Assembly: GCA_035934535.1 (NCBI GenBank)
Contig: DASYXS010000005.1
Coordinates: forward strand, 6,707-70,706
DNA from: a bacterium
GTDB taxonomy: Bacteria; Sysuimicrobiota; Sysuimicrobiia; Sysuimicrobiales; Segetimicrobiaceae
Direction of reading: 5' to 3'
Length of the DNA: 64,000 bases
Below the pieces are notes generated by a model, which searched no databases, was not told the origin of the DNA, and saw only the letters and a program-made list of their open reading frames with translations. Numbering within the stretch: position 1 is the first letter of the stretch; each line of letters opens with the position of its first letter. Both the position numbers and the translations under genes were made by a program. This document shows, piece by piece, positions 1-8,715 of the stretch.

Positions 1-116
1 GGCGGCTACGGGCCGCCGGAGGAGCGTCCCGCGGAGTTGCGGCGGGCTGATCGCGTGAACGGGTACGTGACCCCGGCTGCGCGGGGCGGGGCGGCCGACA
101 GGGAGGGGGACGAGGC

Positions 117-905
117 GTGAGGCTCCGGGATCGTGTGGCGGTCGTCACCGGCGCGGCCAAGGGGATGGGTGATGCGATCTGCGAGGCGCTGGCCCGCGAG
201 GGCGCGTCCGTCGTTGCCGCCGCGCGTGACGCGGGGGCGCTCGAAGCCCTCGTGGCGCGGCTTGCGCGCGCGGAGGGGGCGCGGCCGCGGCACCTGGCCG
301 TTCCCACCGACGTGACGCGGGAGGACGAGGTGGCCGCCCTCGCGGACCGGACGCGCAAGGAGTTCGGACGCGCGGACATCCTCGTCAACGCCGCGGGGAC
401 GATCGGCCCGATCGAAACGCCGTTGCACAAGATCGCGCCGGAGGAGTGGGACCGGGTCCTCGCCGTCAATCTGCGCGGGGTGTTTCTGTGCTGCCGCGCG
501 TTCGTGCCGTCGATGATCGAGCAGAAGTACGGCAAGATCATCAACATCGCCGGCACCTCGGGCCTCCGCGGCTACCGCTACCGCGCCGCGTACTCGTCCT
601 CGAAGTGGGCGGTCCGCGGGCTCACGCGTACGCTGGCCCTGGAAGTGGGCCCGTACAACATCAACGTGAATGCGATCTTCCCGGGTGTGGTCGAGGGCGA
701 CCGCATGCAGACGATCATCGCGGAGAAGGCGAGGGTGCGGGGTACGTCGCCAAAGGCCGTCTTCGACGAATACGTCTCGGAGATGGCGATGCGCCGGTTC
801 ACGGACGAGACCGACATCGCCAACGCCGTGGTGTTCCTCGCCTCGGACGAAAGCAGGCAGATCGCCGGCCACGAGATCGTGGTCGACGGCGGGTGGGACG
901 TCTAG
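117..905 (+). CDS. SDR family short-chain dehydrogenase/reductase
   Basis: GTG start; N-terminal TGAAKGMG Rossmann motif; YSSSK catalytic Tyr-x3-Lys; 262 aa. Confidence 0.85.
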   Translation: MRLRDRVAVVTGAAKGMGDAICEALAREGASVVAAARDAGALEALVARLARAEGARPRHLAVPTDVTREDEVAALADRTRKEFGRADILVNAAGTIGPIETPLHKIAPEEWDRVLAVNLRGVFLCCRAFVPSMIEQKYGKIINIAGTSGLRGYRYRAAYSSSKWAVRGLTRTLALEVGPYNINVNAIFPGVVEGDRMQTIIAEKARVRGTSPKAVFDEYVSEMAMRRFTDETDIANAVVFLASDESRQIAGHEIVVDGGWDV

Positions 906-907
906 CG

Positions 908-1789
908 ATGCCCGCATCACCGTTCGACTATCACGCACCCGCGACCGTGGCCGAAGCGCTCTCGACGCTCGGCGCGCTCGGGGAGGACGCGAAGGTCCTC
1001 GCCGGCGGACAGAGCCTCGTGCCGCTGCTCACCCTGCGGCTCGTGCGTCCCGCCGCGGTCGTGGACATCCACGGACTGGACGAGCTGCGCGGCGTCCGCT
1101 TCGACGGCAATACGCTCGAGCTCGGCGCGCTCGTCCGGCACCGCGCGCTCGAGCTCGGCGAAGGGCCGCTCGGGGCGTGTCCGCTGCTCCAGGAAGCGGC
1201 CGCGTTGATCGGCAACGTGCGCGTCCGCGCGATGGGGACGATCGGCGGCAGCCTGGCGCACGCGGATCCGGCCGCCGAGCTGCCCGCGGTCATCCGCGCG
1301 CTCGACGGCGTCCTCGTCGCGCGCGGGCCGGCGGGAGAACGGACGATTCCGGCGGCGGAGTTCTTCACAGGCCTGCTCTCGACGTCGCTCCGGCCGGGCG
1401 AGCTGCTCGTGGCGGTCCGGCTGCCGCTCCCGGCCGGCCGCGTGGGCTACGCGGTCGAGGAGTTCACCCGGCGCGCCGGGGACTTCGCGATCGTGGCCGT
1501 CATGGCCGCGGTCGAACTGGACGGCGCGGGGCGCACCTCGCGCGTCCGCGTCGCGATCGCCGGCGCGGGCCCGGCGCCGGTCCGGCTGGCCGGCGTCGAG
1601 CGGGCGCTCGCCGGGGTCGAGCCCTCGGAGCAGGCGTTCCGGCAGGCCGTCGCCGATCAGCGATTGGAGATCGAGCCCGACGACGACGTGCACGCCTCGG
1701 CCGATTACCGCCGGCATCTCACCCGCGTGCTGACCGCGCGGGCGTTGGTCCGCGCCGCCGCGCGCGCGGCGAAGGGAGCGGGGGCATGA
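908..1789 (+). CDS. Molybdopterin dehydrogenase FAD-binding (medium, CoxM-like) subunit
   Basis: ORF-track protein MPASPFDYH...; CoxM/XdhB-like FAD-binding fold motifs (AGGQSL, GTIGGSLAHADPAAE); stop overlaps next start (ATGA). Confidence 0.85.
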   Translation: MPASPFDYHAPATVAEALSTLGALGEDAKVLAGGQSLVPLLTLRLVRPAAVVDIHGLDELRGVRFDGNTLELGALVRHRALELGEGPLGACPLLQEAAALIGNVRVRAMGTIGGSLAHADPAAELPAVIRALDGVLVARGPAGERTIPAAEFFTGLLSTSLRPGELLVAVRLPLPAGRVGYAVEEFTRRAGDFAIVAVMAAVELDGAGRTSRVRVAIAGAGPAPVRLAGVERALAGVEPSEQAFRQAVADQRLEIEPDDDVHASADYRRHLTRVLTARALVRAAARAAKGAGA

Positions 1790-2325
1790 CGGAGCTGACC
1801 ATCGCCTTCACGTTGAACGGGGAGCGGCGCGAGGTCCGCGCCGCGGCGCACGAGACCCTGCTCACCCTGTTGCGGGACGGTCTCGGCGCGACGGAGGTCA
1901 AGGACGGCTGCGGGGAAGGCGTCTGCGGCACCTGCACGGTTCTGCTCGACGGCGAACCGGTGAGCAGCTGCCTGCTGCTCGCGGCCCGCGCCGCCGGGCG
2001 CAGGGTGACCACCGTGCGCGGTCTCGCGCCGGTGGACTCGCCGGCCACCATGAAATCACAGCCGGTCGGAAGCCTGAGCCCGCTGCAGCAGGCGTTCGTG
2101 ACCCACGGCGCGGCGCAGTGCGGATTCTGCACGCCGGGGATGCTCCTCACCGCGCACGCGTTCTTGCAGCAGCACCCGCGGCCGACGCGCGACGACATCC
2201 GCCGGGCGATCTCCGGGAACCTCTGCCGGTGCACCGGCTACGCCAAGATCATCGACGCGATCGAAGCCGCATCGGCCGGCGATGCGGCGCCGGCCGGCTC
2301 CGCGGGCGGCCGCCATGAAGGGTAG
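1786..2325 (+). CDS. Molybdenum hydroxylase (2Fe-2S)-binding small subunit (CoxS-like)
   Basis: Cys clusters CGEGVCGTCTV and QCGFCTPG...CRCTGY; contains one copy of the ~45 bp intragenic repeat (extra ~10 aa SPATMKSQPV between the two Fe-S domains). Confidence 0.85.
   Translation: MTELTIAFTLNGERREVRAAAHETLLTLLRDGLGATEVKDGCGEGVCGTCTVLLDGEPVSSCLLLAARAAGRRVTTVRGLAPVDSPATMKSQPVGSLSPLQQAFVTHGAAQCGFCTPGMLLTAHAFLQQHPRPTRDDIRRAISGNLCRCTGYAKIIDAIEAASAGDAAPAGSAGGRHEG
2023..2070 (+). repeat. Intragenic ~45 bp repeat, copy 1 (core ATGAAAT 2050-2056) inside the CoxS-like gene
   Basis: cgcgccggtGGACTCGCCGGCCACCATGAAATCACAGCCGGtcgg; translated in-frame as VDSPATMKSQPVG. Confidence 0.55.
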
Positions 2326-2330
2326 GCGCC

Positions 2331-4682
2331 GTGGCTGAGCCCCGGGTCCGCGAGGGCTCGGTCGCGGTCCTTCCCGCCGAGCAGCTCCGCGTCGTCGGGC
2401 GCCCGATCCCGCGCCACGACGCGCGCGACAAGGTTCAGGCGGTGACGCTCTACGCCGCCGACTGGCGGATGCCCGGCATGCTGCACGGCGCGGTGCTGCG
2501 CGCGGTGTACCCGTCCGCGCGGATCCGGCGCCTCGACACCGCGCGCGCGGCCGCGCTCCCGGGCGTCGCCGCGGTGCTGACGGCCCGCGACGTGCCGCAC
2601 AACACGTTGTGGACGGACGTGCCCGGTCAGACGAGCCAGGTCGGCGCGCTGCGCGCACGGCTGCAGGTTCTTGCCGAGCGCGTGGTCCGGTACCAGGGCG
2701 AGCCGGTGGCGCTCGTCGCCGCGGAGACGCCGGAGGCGGCGCAGCAGGCGCTCGAGGCGATCGAGGTCGAGTACGAACCTACGGCCGGCGTCTTCGACCC
2801 GGCGGAGGCGCTCCTCCCGGGCGCCGCGCGCGTGCACGAGGAAGGCAATCTGCTCGCGCGGTGGCACGTGCAGTGCGGTGACGCGGACGCGGCGCTCGCG
2901 CGGGCCGACGTCGTCGTCGAGCACACCTATCGCTGTCAGTTCGTCGACCACGCGTATCTCGAGCCCGAGTGCGGCGTGGCGTGGGTCGAGGCCGACGGCG
3001 TCGTCACGATCCGCGTCGCCACGCAGGTGATCGAGCACTTCCGCGACGTCGCCGACGTCCTGGGGCTGCCCCACAACCGGGTGCGCGTCATCGGCACGTA
3101 CGTCGGCGGCGGGTTTGGCGGCAAAGAGGACGTGACGGTCGAGGTCTTCCTCGGCCTGCTCGCGTCGCGGACGCGGCGGCCCGTCCGCATGATCTGGTCC
3201 CGCCAGGAGTCGCTGCTGGCCCGTCCCAAGCGCCATCCGTTCCGGCTCCACTACACGACCGGGGCGTCGCGCGACGGCGCGCTTGTGGCGCAGAAGGTCG
3301 AGCTGCTGGCGGACTCGGGCGCCTACGCCTATCTCAGCGCGCTCGTGCTGATGTACGCGACCGTCACCGCGGCCGGTCCGTACCGCATCCCGAACGCGAC
3401 GATCGACGCGCGCGTCGTCTACACGAACAACCCGCCGACGAGCGCGATGCGGGGCTTCGGCGGCATGCAGATGGTGCTCGGCTATGAGTCGCAGATGGAC
3501 GCGCTCGCGCGCCGTCTGGAGCTGGACCCCGTCGCGATCCGCGTCCGCAACGCGCTGCACAAGGGAGACCGGCTGCCGGTCGGCCAGGAACTCGAGACGC
3601 ACGTCGGGGTGGCGGAGGCGGCGCAGCGCGCCTGGGCCGCGCTTGGGCCCCGCCGCGCCCCGTCGGCGCCCCACCACCGCGCCGGGCGCGGGCTGGCCTG
3701 CAACATCCAGCCGTACGGACGGATCGTCTGGCTCCACGACTGGGCGAGCGCGTGGGTCGGGTTCGAGATGGACGGGACCCTGGTCGTCCGTACCGGCGTG
3801 CCCGATGTCGGCGGCGGCCAGGCGTCGTCGCTGTGCCAGATCGCGGCCGAGGTCCTCGGCGTCGAGCCGGAACGCGTCGCCGTGCACATCGGCGACAGCG
3901 CGCTCACGCCGCTCGCCGGCACGACGACCGCGACCCGCCAGCTCTACATGTCGGGAAACGCCGTGCTGCAGGCGGCGGCCGGCCTGCGGGCGCAGGTCCT
4001 GCCCGTCGCCGCGCAGATGCTGGAGACGCCGCCCGACCGGGTGACGCTCCGCGACGGCGGGGCGGCCGGCGCGTCGGGCCGGCGCCTCGAGTGGGCCGCC
4101 GTGCTGCGAGAATGCGCGCGACTCGGCGTCTCGCGCAACTACCTCGGAGTGTATCACGCTCCGGCGGGGGACCCGGTCGACCTCGATCGCGGGGGCGGGC
4201 GCATTTTTCCCGACTACACGTTCGGCGCGCACGCCGTGGAAGTGGAGGTCGATACCGAGACCGGCGCCGTCGCCGTCGTGCGGCACGTGGCCTGCCACGA
4301 CGTCGGACGCGCCATCAATCCCCAGAGCGTCGAGGGCCAGATTCAGGGCGGCGCGGTGATGGGACTCGGCTACGGCCTCATGGAGGAGGTCGTCGTGGAC
4401 CGCGGCGTCAACCTGTCCACCAACCTCGCCAGCTACCTGATCCCGACCTCGCTCGACGTCCCGGACGTGGAGCCGCTCGTGCTGGAATCGCGCGAGGGCA
4501 AAGGGCCGTTCGGCGCGCGCGGCATCGGCGAGCCGCCCATCGGGCCGCCCGCCGCCGCGATCGCGAACGCCGTCGAAGACGCCGTCGGCGTCCGCATCAC
4601 CGAACTGCCGATCACGCCGGAGCGGGTGGCGCGGGCGCTGGGGTTGCTGCGGCCGGAGGCCGGTCCGCCCCCGGCCCGCTAG
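2331..4682 (+). CDS. Xanthine dehydrogenase family molybdopterin-binding large subunit (CoxL-like, non-CODH)
   Basis: 783 aa; active-site loop SAMRGFGGMQ typical of the XDH/aldehyde oxidase family (not AYXCSFR or AYRGAGR of CO dehydrogenases). Confidence 0.85.
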   Translation: MAEPRVREGSVAVLPAEQLRVVGRPIPRHDARDKVQAVTLYAADWRMPGMLHGAVLRAVYPSARIRRLDTARAAALPGVAAVLTARDVPHNTLWTDVPGQTSQVGALRARLQVLAERVVRYQGEPVALVAAETPEAAQQALEAIEVEYEPTAGVFDPAEALLPGAARVHEEGNLLARWHVQCGDADAALARADVVVEHTYRCQFVDHAYLEPECGVAWVEADGVVTIRVATQVIEHFRDVADVLGLPHNRVRVIGTYVGGGFGGKEDVTVEVFLGLLASRTRRPVRMIWSRQESLLARPKRHPFRLHYTTGASRDGALVAQKVELLADSGAYAYLSALVLMYATVTAAGPYRIPNATIDARVVYTNNPPTSAMRGFGGMQMVLGYESQMDALARRLELDPVAIRVRNALHKGDRLPVGQELETHVGVAEAAQRAWAALGPRRAPSAPHHRAGRGLACNIQPYGRIVWLHDWASAWVGFEMDGTLVVRTGVPDVGGGQASSLCQIAAEVLGVEPERVAVHIGDSALTPLAGTTTATRQLYMSGNAVLQAAAGLRAQVLPVAAQMLETPPDRVTLRDGGAAGASGRRLEWAAVLRECARLGVSRNYLGVYHAPAGDPVDLDRGGGRIFPDYTFGAHAVEVEVDTETGAVAVVRHVACHDVGRAINPQSVEGQIQGGAVMGLGYGLMEEVVVDRGVNLSTNLASYLIPTSLDVPDVEPLVLESREGKGPFGARGIGEPPIGPPAAAIANAVEDAVGVRITELPITPERVARALGLLRPEAGPPPAR

Positions 4683-4683
4683 G

Positions 4684-5358
4684 CTAGAATCGCGCCTTGA
4701 CCGACGACTGAACCGGCGCGCCCTTGCCGGCCGGCTCCACCTCGTAGACCACGACCTGGAGCTTCGTGGGCTTGAAGGCGTTGCAGGGGTTGCGTTCTTG
4801 GGGACAGTTCGAGACCGCGACCAGCAGGTCGAGATTCGCGCGCAGGTCGAGGTAGTCGCCGGGCTTCGACTTGGGTTCCTGGATCCCGGTGCGGCCGTCG
4901 GCGGCCACCGGTACGTTCATGAAAACGTTGAAGGAGTAGGGGATCTCGGCGAGCGGGATGCCGTAGGGCCGGAGCGCTCGTTCGAAGTTGTTGCGGCAGT
5001 TGGGCGTGCCGCGCACGCCGTAGCGAAACGCGTTCGTCTGTTCGCTGCAGGACCCGGCGATGAGGTCGTGCGTGCCGCAGGTGTCCGCGGTGATGGTCAT
5101 GAGCTGGGTCGCTTTGGTGGAGTACAGGTGATGGCCCGTGGTGAGAAACAGGGTACCGTTCAGCGACTGCGTGTTCTCGGGGGAGAGTTTGTCGGTGTAG
5201 TCGTTGAGGTTGAAGCAGATGAAATCGGCCACCTGCTGGCCCTCGACGTCCACGATGCGGCAGATCTGGCCCGCCTTGATTGTGAATGCCGTGCCGCCGC
5301 GGGGCGGAATCGTCTCCTCCCAGGCCAGCAGCGACGGGCTGATTCCGGGATGTTCCAT
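4684..5358 (-). CDS. DUF1989 family protein (urea-carboxylase-associated / carboxyguanidine deiminase CgdAB-like)
   Basis: 224 aa from MEHPGISPSL...; ATG at 5358 confirmed on complement (CAT 5356-5358); family hallmarks (TITADTCGTHDL, CRNNF, FMNVPV, GDYLDLRA, SNCPQ). Confidence 0.75.
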   Translation of the reverse strand: MEHPGISPSLLAWEETIPPRGGTAFTIKAGQICRIVDVEGQQVADFICFNLNDYTDKLSPENTQSLNGTLFLTTGHHLYSTKATQLMTITADTCGTHDLIAGSCSEQTNAFRYGVRGTPNCRNNFERALRPYGIPLAEIPYSFNVFMNVPVAADGRTGIQEPKSKPGDYLDLRANLDLLVAVSNCPQERNPCNAFKPTKLQVVVYEVEPAGKGAPVQSSVKARF

Positions 5359-5565
5359 GCGTGCCACCTCCGAGAACGCCTGAATTCGGCCGTGCGCCGG
5401 GCGCCGCCGGCCCGAAACCATGGGCCGCCGTTTTGCGTAGACGGGAAAGCGCCATGCCCGGTCCATCCGACTTCTGGTGGGGAGGATTTGCAACCTGCCT
5501 ACGGGAAACCGGGGGGCGCGCGGCGCAGTTCGTGCGCCGAACACCGTGGGGAGGGGTGGACGAGC

Positions 5566-6690
5566 ATGCGGAACAGGTTTGCGATCGGCTTGTTGCTCGT
5601 GTTCCTGATGTCCGTCATGGTTCCCGGCGCCGGCGCTCAAGCGGGCACGATCAAGATCGGCGTCCCGGTCCCGCTGTCCGGCGGGACCGCCAAGATGGGC
5701 ACCGACATCGTGCAGGCGGCAACGATGGCGGCGGACGAGCAGAACGCGAAGGGCGGCGTCCTCGGGCGCAAGCTCGAGATCGTCTCGTTCGACGACGCGT
5801 GTGACGCCCAGCAGGCCGTGACGGCGGCGCACAAGCTCGTCGACGCCGGCGTGGCCGCGGTGGCGGGCGGCTACTGCTCGTCGGCGGCGATTCCGGCGAG
5901 CGCCGTGTACCACGACGCGGGGGTCGCGTTCGTGGCGGACGCGTCCAGCAACCCCAAGCTCACGGACCAGGGGTTCGAGAACGTGTTCCGCGTCATCGGC
6001 CGTGACGACCAGCAGGGCCCCTACGCGGCCGGCTTCATGACCAAGGACCTGCACGCGAAGAAGGTCGCGATCATCCACGACAACACGCTGTACGCGAAGG
6101 GGTTGGCCACGGCGACCCAGGACGCGCTCAAGAAGATGATGGGCGTCCAGGTCGTCTTCTTCGACGCGATTACGCCGGGCGAGAAGGACTTCTCCGCGGC
6201 GCTGACCAAGGTCAAGAGCCTCAAGCCGGACGTCACCTACTTCACCGGCTACTATCCCGAGGGCGGCCTCATCTGCAAGCAGTTCAAGGACCTGGGCGTC
6301 TCCGGGAAGCTGATGGCGGGCGACGCCAACAACGATCCGACGTTCATCAAGGAGTGCGGCGCCGCGTCCACCGGAGTCTACGTCACGTCGACCCCGCTGC
6401 CACAGGATCAGGCGACCGCCAAGTCGTTCATCTCCCGGTACACGGGCCGGTGGAAGCAGGATCCGGGACCATACTCGGCGCTCGAGTACGACTCCGTCGG
6501 CGTGGTGATCAACGCGATCCAGCGCGCGAAGAGCGCGGACCGGGCGGCGATCATCAAGGCCCTTCATGCGACCAACGCCTACTCGGGCGCGACCGGCAAG
6601 ATCACCTTCGATCAGAAGGGCGACCGGAAGCAGGTGCTCTACATCACCTACCTCATCAAGGGCGACAAGTTCGTGCCCACCGGAATGTGA
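5566..6690 (+). CDS. Branched-chain amino acid/amide ABC transporter substrate-binding protein (LivK/LivJ family)
   Basis: ATG 5566 preceded by GGGAGGGGTGGA RBS; signal peptide MRNRFAIGLLLVFLMSVMVPGAGAQA; type I PBP fold. Confidence 0.85.
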   Translation: MRNRFAIGLLLVFLMSVMVPGAGAQAGTIKIGVPVPLSGGTAKMGTDIVQAATMAADEQNAKGGVLGRKLEIVSFDDACDAQQAVTAAHKLVDAGVAAVAGGYCSSAAIPASAVYHDAGVAFVADASSNPKLTDQGFENVFRVIGRDDQQGPYAAGFMTKDLHAKKVAIIHDNTLYAKGLATATQDALKKMMGVQVVFFDAITPGEKDFSAALTKVKSLKPDVTYFTGYYPEGGLICKQFKDLGVSGKLMAGDANNDPTFIKECGAASTGVYVTSTPLPQDQATAKSFISRYTGRWKQDPGPYSALEYDSVGVVINAIQRAKSADRAAIIKALHATNAYSGATGKITFDQKGDRKQVLYITYLIKGDKFVPTGM

Positions 6691-6707
6691 GGTCTTCGTA
6701 GTGCTGC

Positions 6708-6740
6708 GGGGCCGCCCCGAGCACGGGGGCGGCCCCGTTT
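6708..6740 (+). terminator. GC-rich stem-loop (11 bp perfect stem GGGGCCGCCCC/GGGGCGGCCCC, loop GAGCAC) followed by GTTT, between SBP and permease genes
   Basis: Read directly from sequence 6708-6740; weak T-tract, so more likely an intra-operon attenuator/mRNA-stabilising hairpin than a strong terminator. Confidence 0.4.
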
Positions 6741-6781
6741 GCGCTCCCGGCCCGCGCGAAGCGGGACCATCCTCCTAGTCC

Positions 6782-7681
6782 ATGGAGATCGCCCTCCAGC
6801 AGCTGGTCAACGGGCTGACGGTCGGGGCGTTCTACGCCCTGATCGCGCTCGGCTACACCATGGTGTACGGCATCATCCGCCTGATCAACTTTGCGCACGG
6901 GGACGTGTACGCGGTCGGCGCGTTCCTCGGACTCTCGACGTACGGGCTTTTGGCGATCCTGCATGTCGACAACCCGATCCTGACCACGCTGCTGGCGCTT
7001 GTTGTCTCCATGGGTTTCACCGGACTGCTCGGGACGCTGCTCTACCGGGTCGCCTACCGCCCGCTGCTGCACGCGCGCCTGTCGATCCTGATCTCGGCGA
7101 TCGGCGGGTCGCTGACGCTGGAGTACGGCCTGCTGCTCATCTACAGCCCGTCGTTCCTCGTCTACCCGCACCTCTTCGGCCGCTCCGGGCCGGCGTTTGC
7201 CGGCGTCACGGTTTCCTGGCTGCAGGTCCTCATCTTCGTGTCGAGCATCGTGTTGATGGCGGCGCTGTACCTCATGGTGAACCGCACGAAGACCGGGATG
7301 GCGATGCGCGCGCTCGCGATCAACCAGGACGCCGCGCGCCTGATGGGCATCGACGTCAACCGGGTGATCAGCTTCACGTTCTTTCTGGGGTCGGCGCTGG
7401 CGTCGTTCGCGGGCGTGCTGACGGGCCTGTACTACTCGCAGGTCTCGTTCCTCATGGGCTTTCTGATCGGCCTGAAGGCGTTTACCGCGGCCGTGCTCGG
7501 CGGCGTCGGCAACATTCCGGGCGCCGTCGTCGGCGGCTTCGTCCTCGGCATCCTTGAGAGTCTCGCCGCGGGATACTACTCCAGCCGCTGGAAAGACGTG
7601 GTGGCGTTCGCGGTCCTGATTATCGTGCTGGTGGTGCGGCCGCGCGGCCTCCTCGGCGAACGCGTGGTCGAGCGGATGTGA
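6782..7681 (+). CDS. Branched-chain amino acid ABC transporter permease (LivH-like)
   Basis: 299 aa polytopic membrane protein, LivH family signature region. Confidence 0.85.
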   Translation: MEIALQQLVNGLTVGAFYALIALGYTMVYGIIRLINFAHGDVYAVGAFLGLSTYGLLAILHVDNPILTTLLALVVSMGFTGLLGTLLYRVAYRPLLHARLSILISAIGGSLTLEYGLLLIYSPSFLVYPHLFGRSGPAFAGVTVSWLQVLIFVSSIVLMAALYLMVNRTKTGMAMRALAINQDAARLMGIDVNRVISFTFFLGSALASFAGVLTGLYYSQVSFLMGFLIGLKAFTAAVLGGVGNIPGAVVGGFVLGILESLAAGYYSSRWKDVVAFAVLIIVLVVRPRGLLGERVVERM

Positions 7682-8715
7682 AGGCCGGTCCCGGCGCCCT
7701 GCGCCCGCTGCTTCCGACCGCCCTGGCCGTCGTGGCCGTGCTGGCGGCGATCGCGCTGCCGGTGTTCGGCTCGTCCTACCTGATCGACGTCGGGACTCTC
7801 GTCCTGGTCTACGTCATGCTCGGGCTCGGCCTCAACATCGTGGTCGGGTTCGCCGGCCTGCTCGACCTCGGCTACGCGGCGTTCTTCGCGATCGGGGCCT
7901 ACACGACGGCGTACTTCATGGTCAACAGCCATATGTCGTTCTGGCTGACCCTCCCGATCGCCGCCTGCTTTACCGCCGTGTCCGGCGTCATCATCGGCGC
8001 GCCGACGCTCAGGATGCGCAGCGACTACCTGGCGATCGTGACCCTCGGCTTCGGCGAGATCGTCCGCATCGCCGCGACGAACTTCGCATTTACCGGCGGA
8101 CCCGAGGGCATTTACGACATGCCCCACGCGACGATCGGCTCGCTCGTCCTTCGAACCCCGGCCGCGCTGTACTTCCTCGGCATCGCGTTTGCCCTGGTGG
8201 TGCTCGTGGGCAGCTACAATTTGTCGCGGTCGCGGCTCGGGCGGGCGTGGCTCGCGATCCGCGAGGACGAGGCCGCGGCCCAGGCGGCCGGGATTCACCC
8301 CGTGTACTTCAAGCTGCTGGCCTACGTCCTCGGCGCGATCTTTGCCGGCGCGGCCGGCTCGTTCTTCGCCGTGAAGCTCACGGCGATCAACCCGTCGAGC
8401 TTCACGTTCATTCAATCGGTGACCATTCTGATGGTGATCATCCTGGGCGGCCGGGGCAGCCTGCCGGGCGTGATCGTCGGGGCGGCCGTGATCGTCGTTC
8501 TGCCCGAGGTGCTGCGCGCGTTCGACCAGATCCGAATGCTGACATTCGGCATCGGCCTCATCGTCATGATGCTGCTGCGGCCGCAGGGGTTGTGGCCGAG
8601 CCGGTACGGCCGGATCGAGGCGCGGGAGGTCGCGCTCTCGGAGGCCGAAGCGGCGGCCGGCGTCGCCGCGGGCGCGTCCGCGGCCGATTCCGCGGCGCCC
8701 GGAGGGTCGTCGTGA
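7678..8715 (+). CDS. Branched-chain amino acid ABC transporter permease (LivM-like)
   Basis: GTG start overlapping upstream stop; 345 aa polytopic membrane protein. Confidence 0.8.
   Translation: MKAGPGALRPLLPTALAVVAVLAAIALPVFGSSYLIDVGTLVLVYVMLGLGLNIVVGFAGLLDLGYAAFFAIGAYTTAYFMVNSHMSFWLTLPIAACFTAVSGVIIGAPTLRMRSDYLAIVTLGFGEIVRIAATNFAFTGGPEGIYDMPHATIGSLVLRTPAALYFLGIAFALVVLVGSYNLSRSRLGRAWLAIREDEAAAQAAGIHPVYFKLLAYVLGAIFAGAAGSFFAVKLTAINPSSFTFIQSVTILMVIILGGRGSLPGVIVGAAVIVVLPEVLRAFDQIRMLTFGIGLIVMMLLRPQGLWPSRYGRIEAREVALSEAEAAAGVAAGASAADSAAPGGSS

Noticed and set aside
6-938. 310-aa ORF on the minus strand opposite the SDR gene
   Set aside because: Arg/Gly/Ala/Pro-rich, low-complexity translation typical of antisense frames in 70% GC DNA. 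It fully overlaps a well-supported SDR gene on the plus strand.
446-2325. Long upstream in-frame extensions of the CoxM-like and CoxS-like ORFs (446-1789, 670-2325)
   Set aside because: The extensions overlap the SDR gene in other frames and are Arg-rich. The conserved proteins start at 908 and 1786 with start-stop coupling.
2238-4298. 686-aa minus-strand ORF overlapping the CoxL-like gene
   Set aside because: Antisense to a clearly conserved Mo-hydroxylase large subunit, with no recognisable motifs, so it is high-GC frame noise. Other long antisense ORFs (11088-13151, 14676-16061, 34612-35925, 36006-37145, 45760-47667, 57925-60216 and others) were rejected on the same grounds.
2331-4682. 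Possible aerobic CO dehydrogenase (because of the coxMSL-like gene order)
   Set aside because: The active-site loop reads SAMRGFGGMQ rather than AYXCSFR (form I) or AYRGAGR (form II).
5216-5236. gATGAAATCGGCCACC resembling the intragenic repeat core
   Set aside because: The order of core and GGCCACC is reversed and the flanks do not match. It encodes a conserved ADFICFN segment of the DUF1989 protein, so it is likely native coding sequence.
5359-5565. Guanidine riboswitch upstream of the Liv operon next to a DUF1989 gene
   Set aside because: No convincing match to ykkC, mini-ykkC or ykkC-III consensus elements by eye. Kept only as a generic regulatory-leader candidate.
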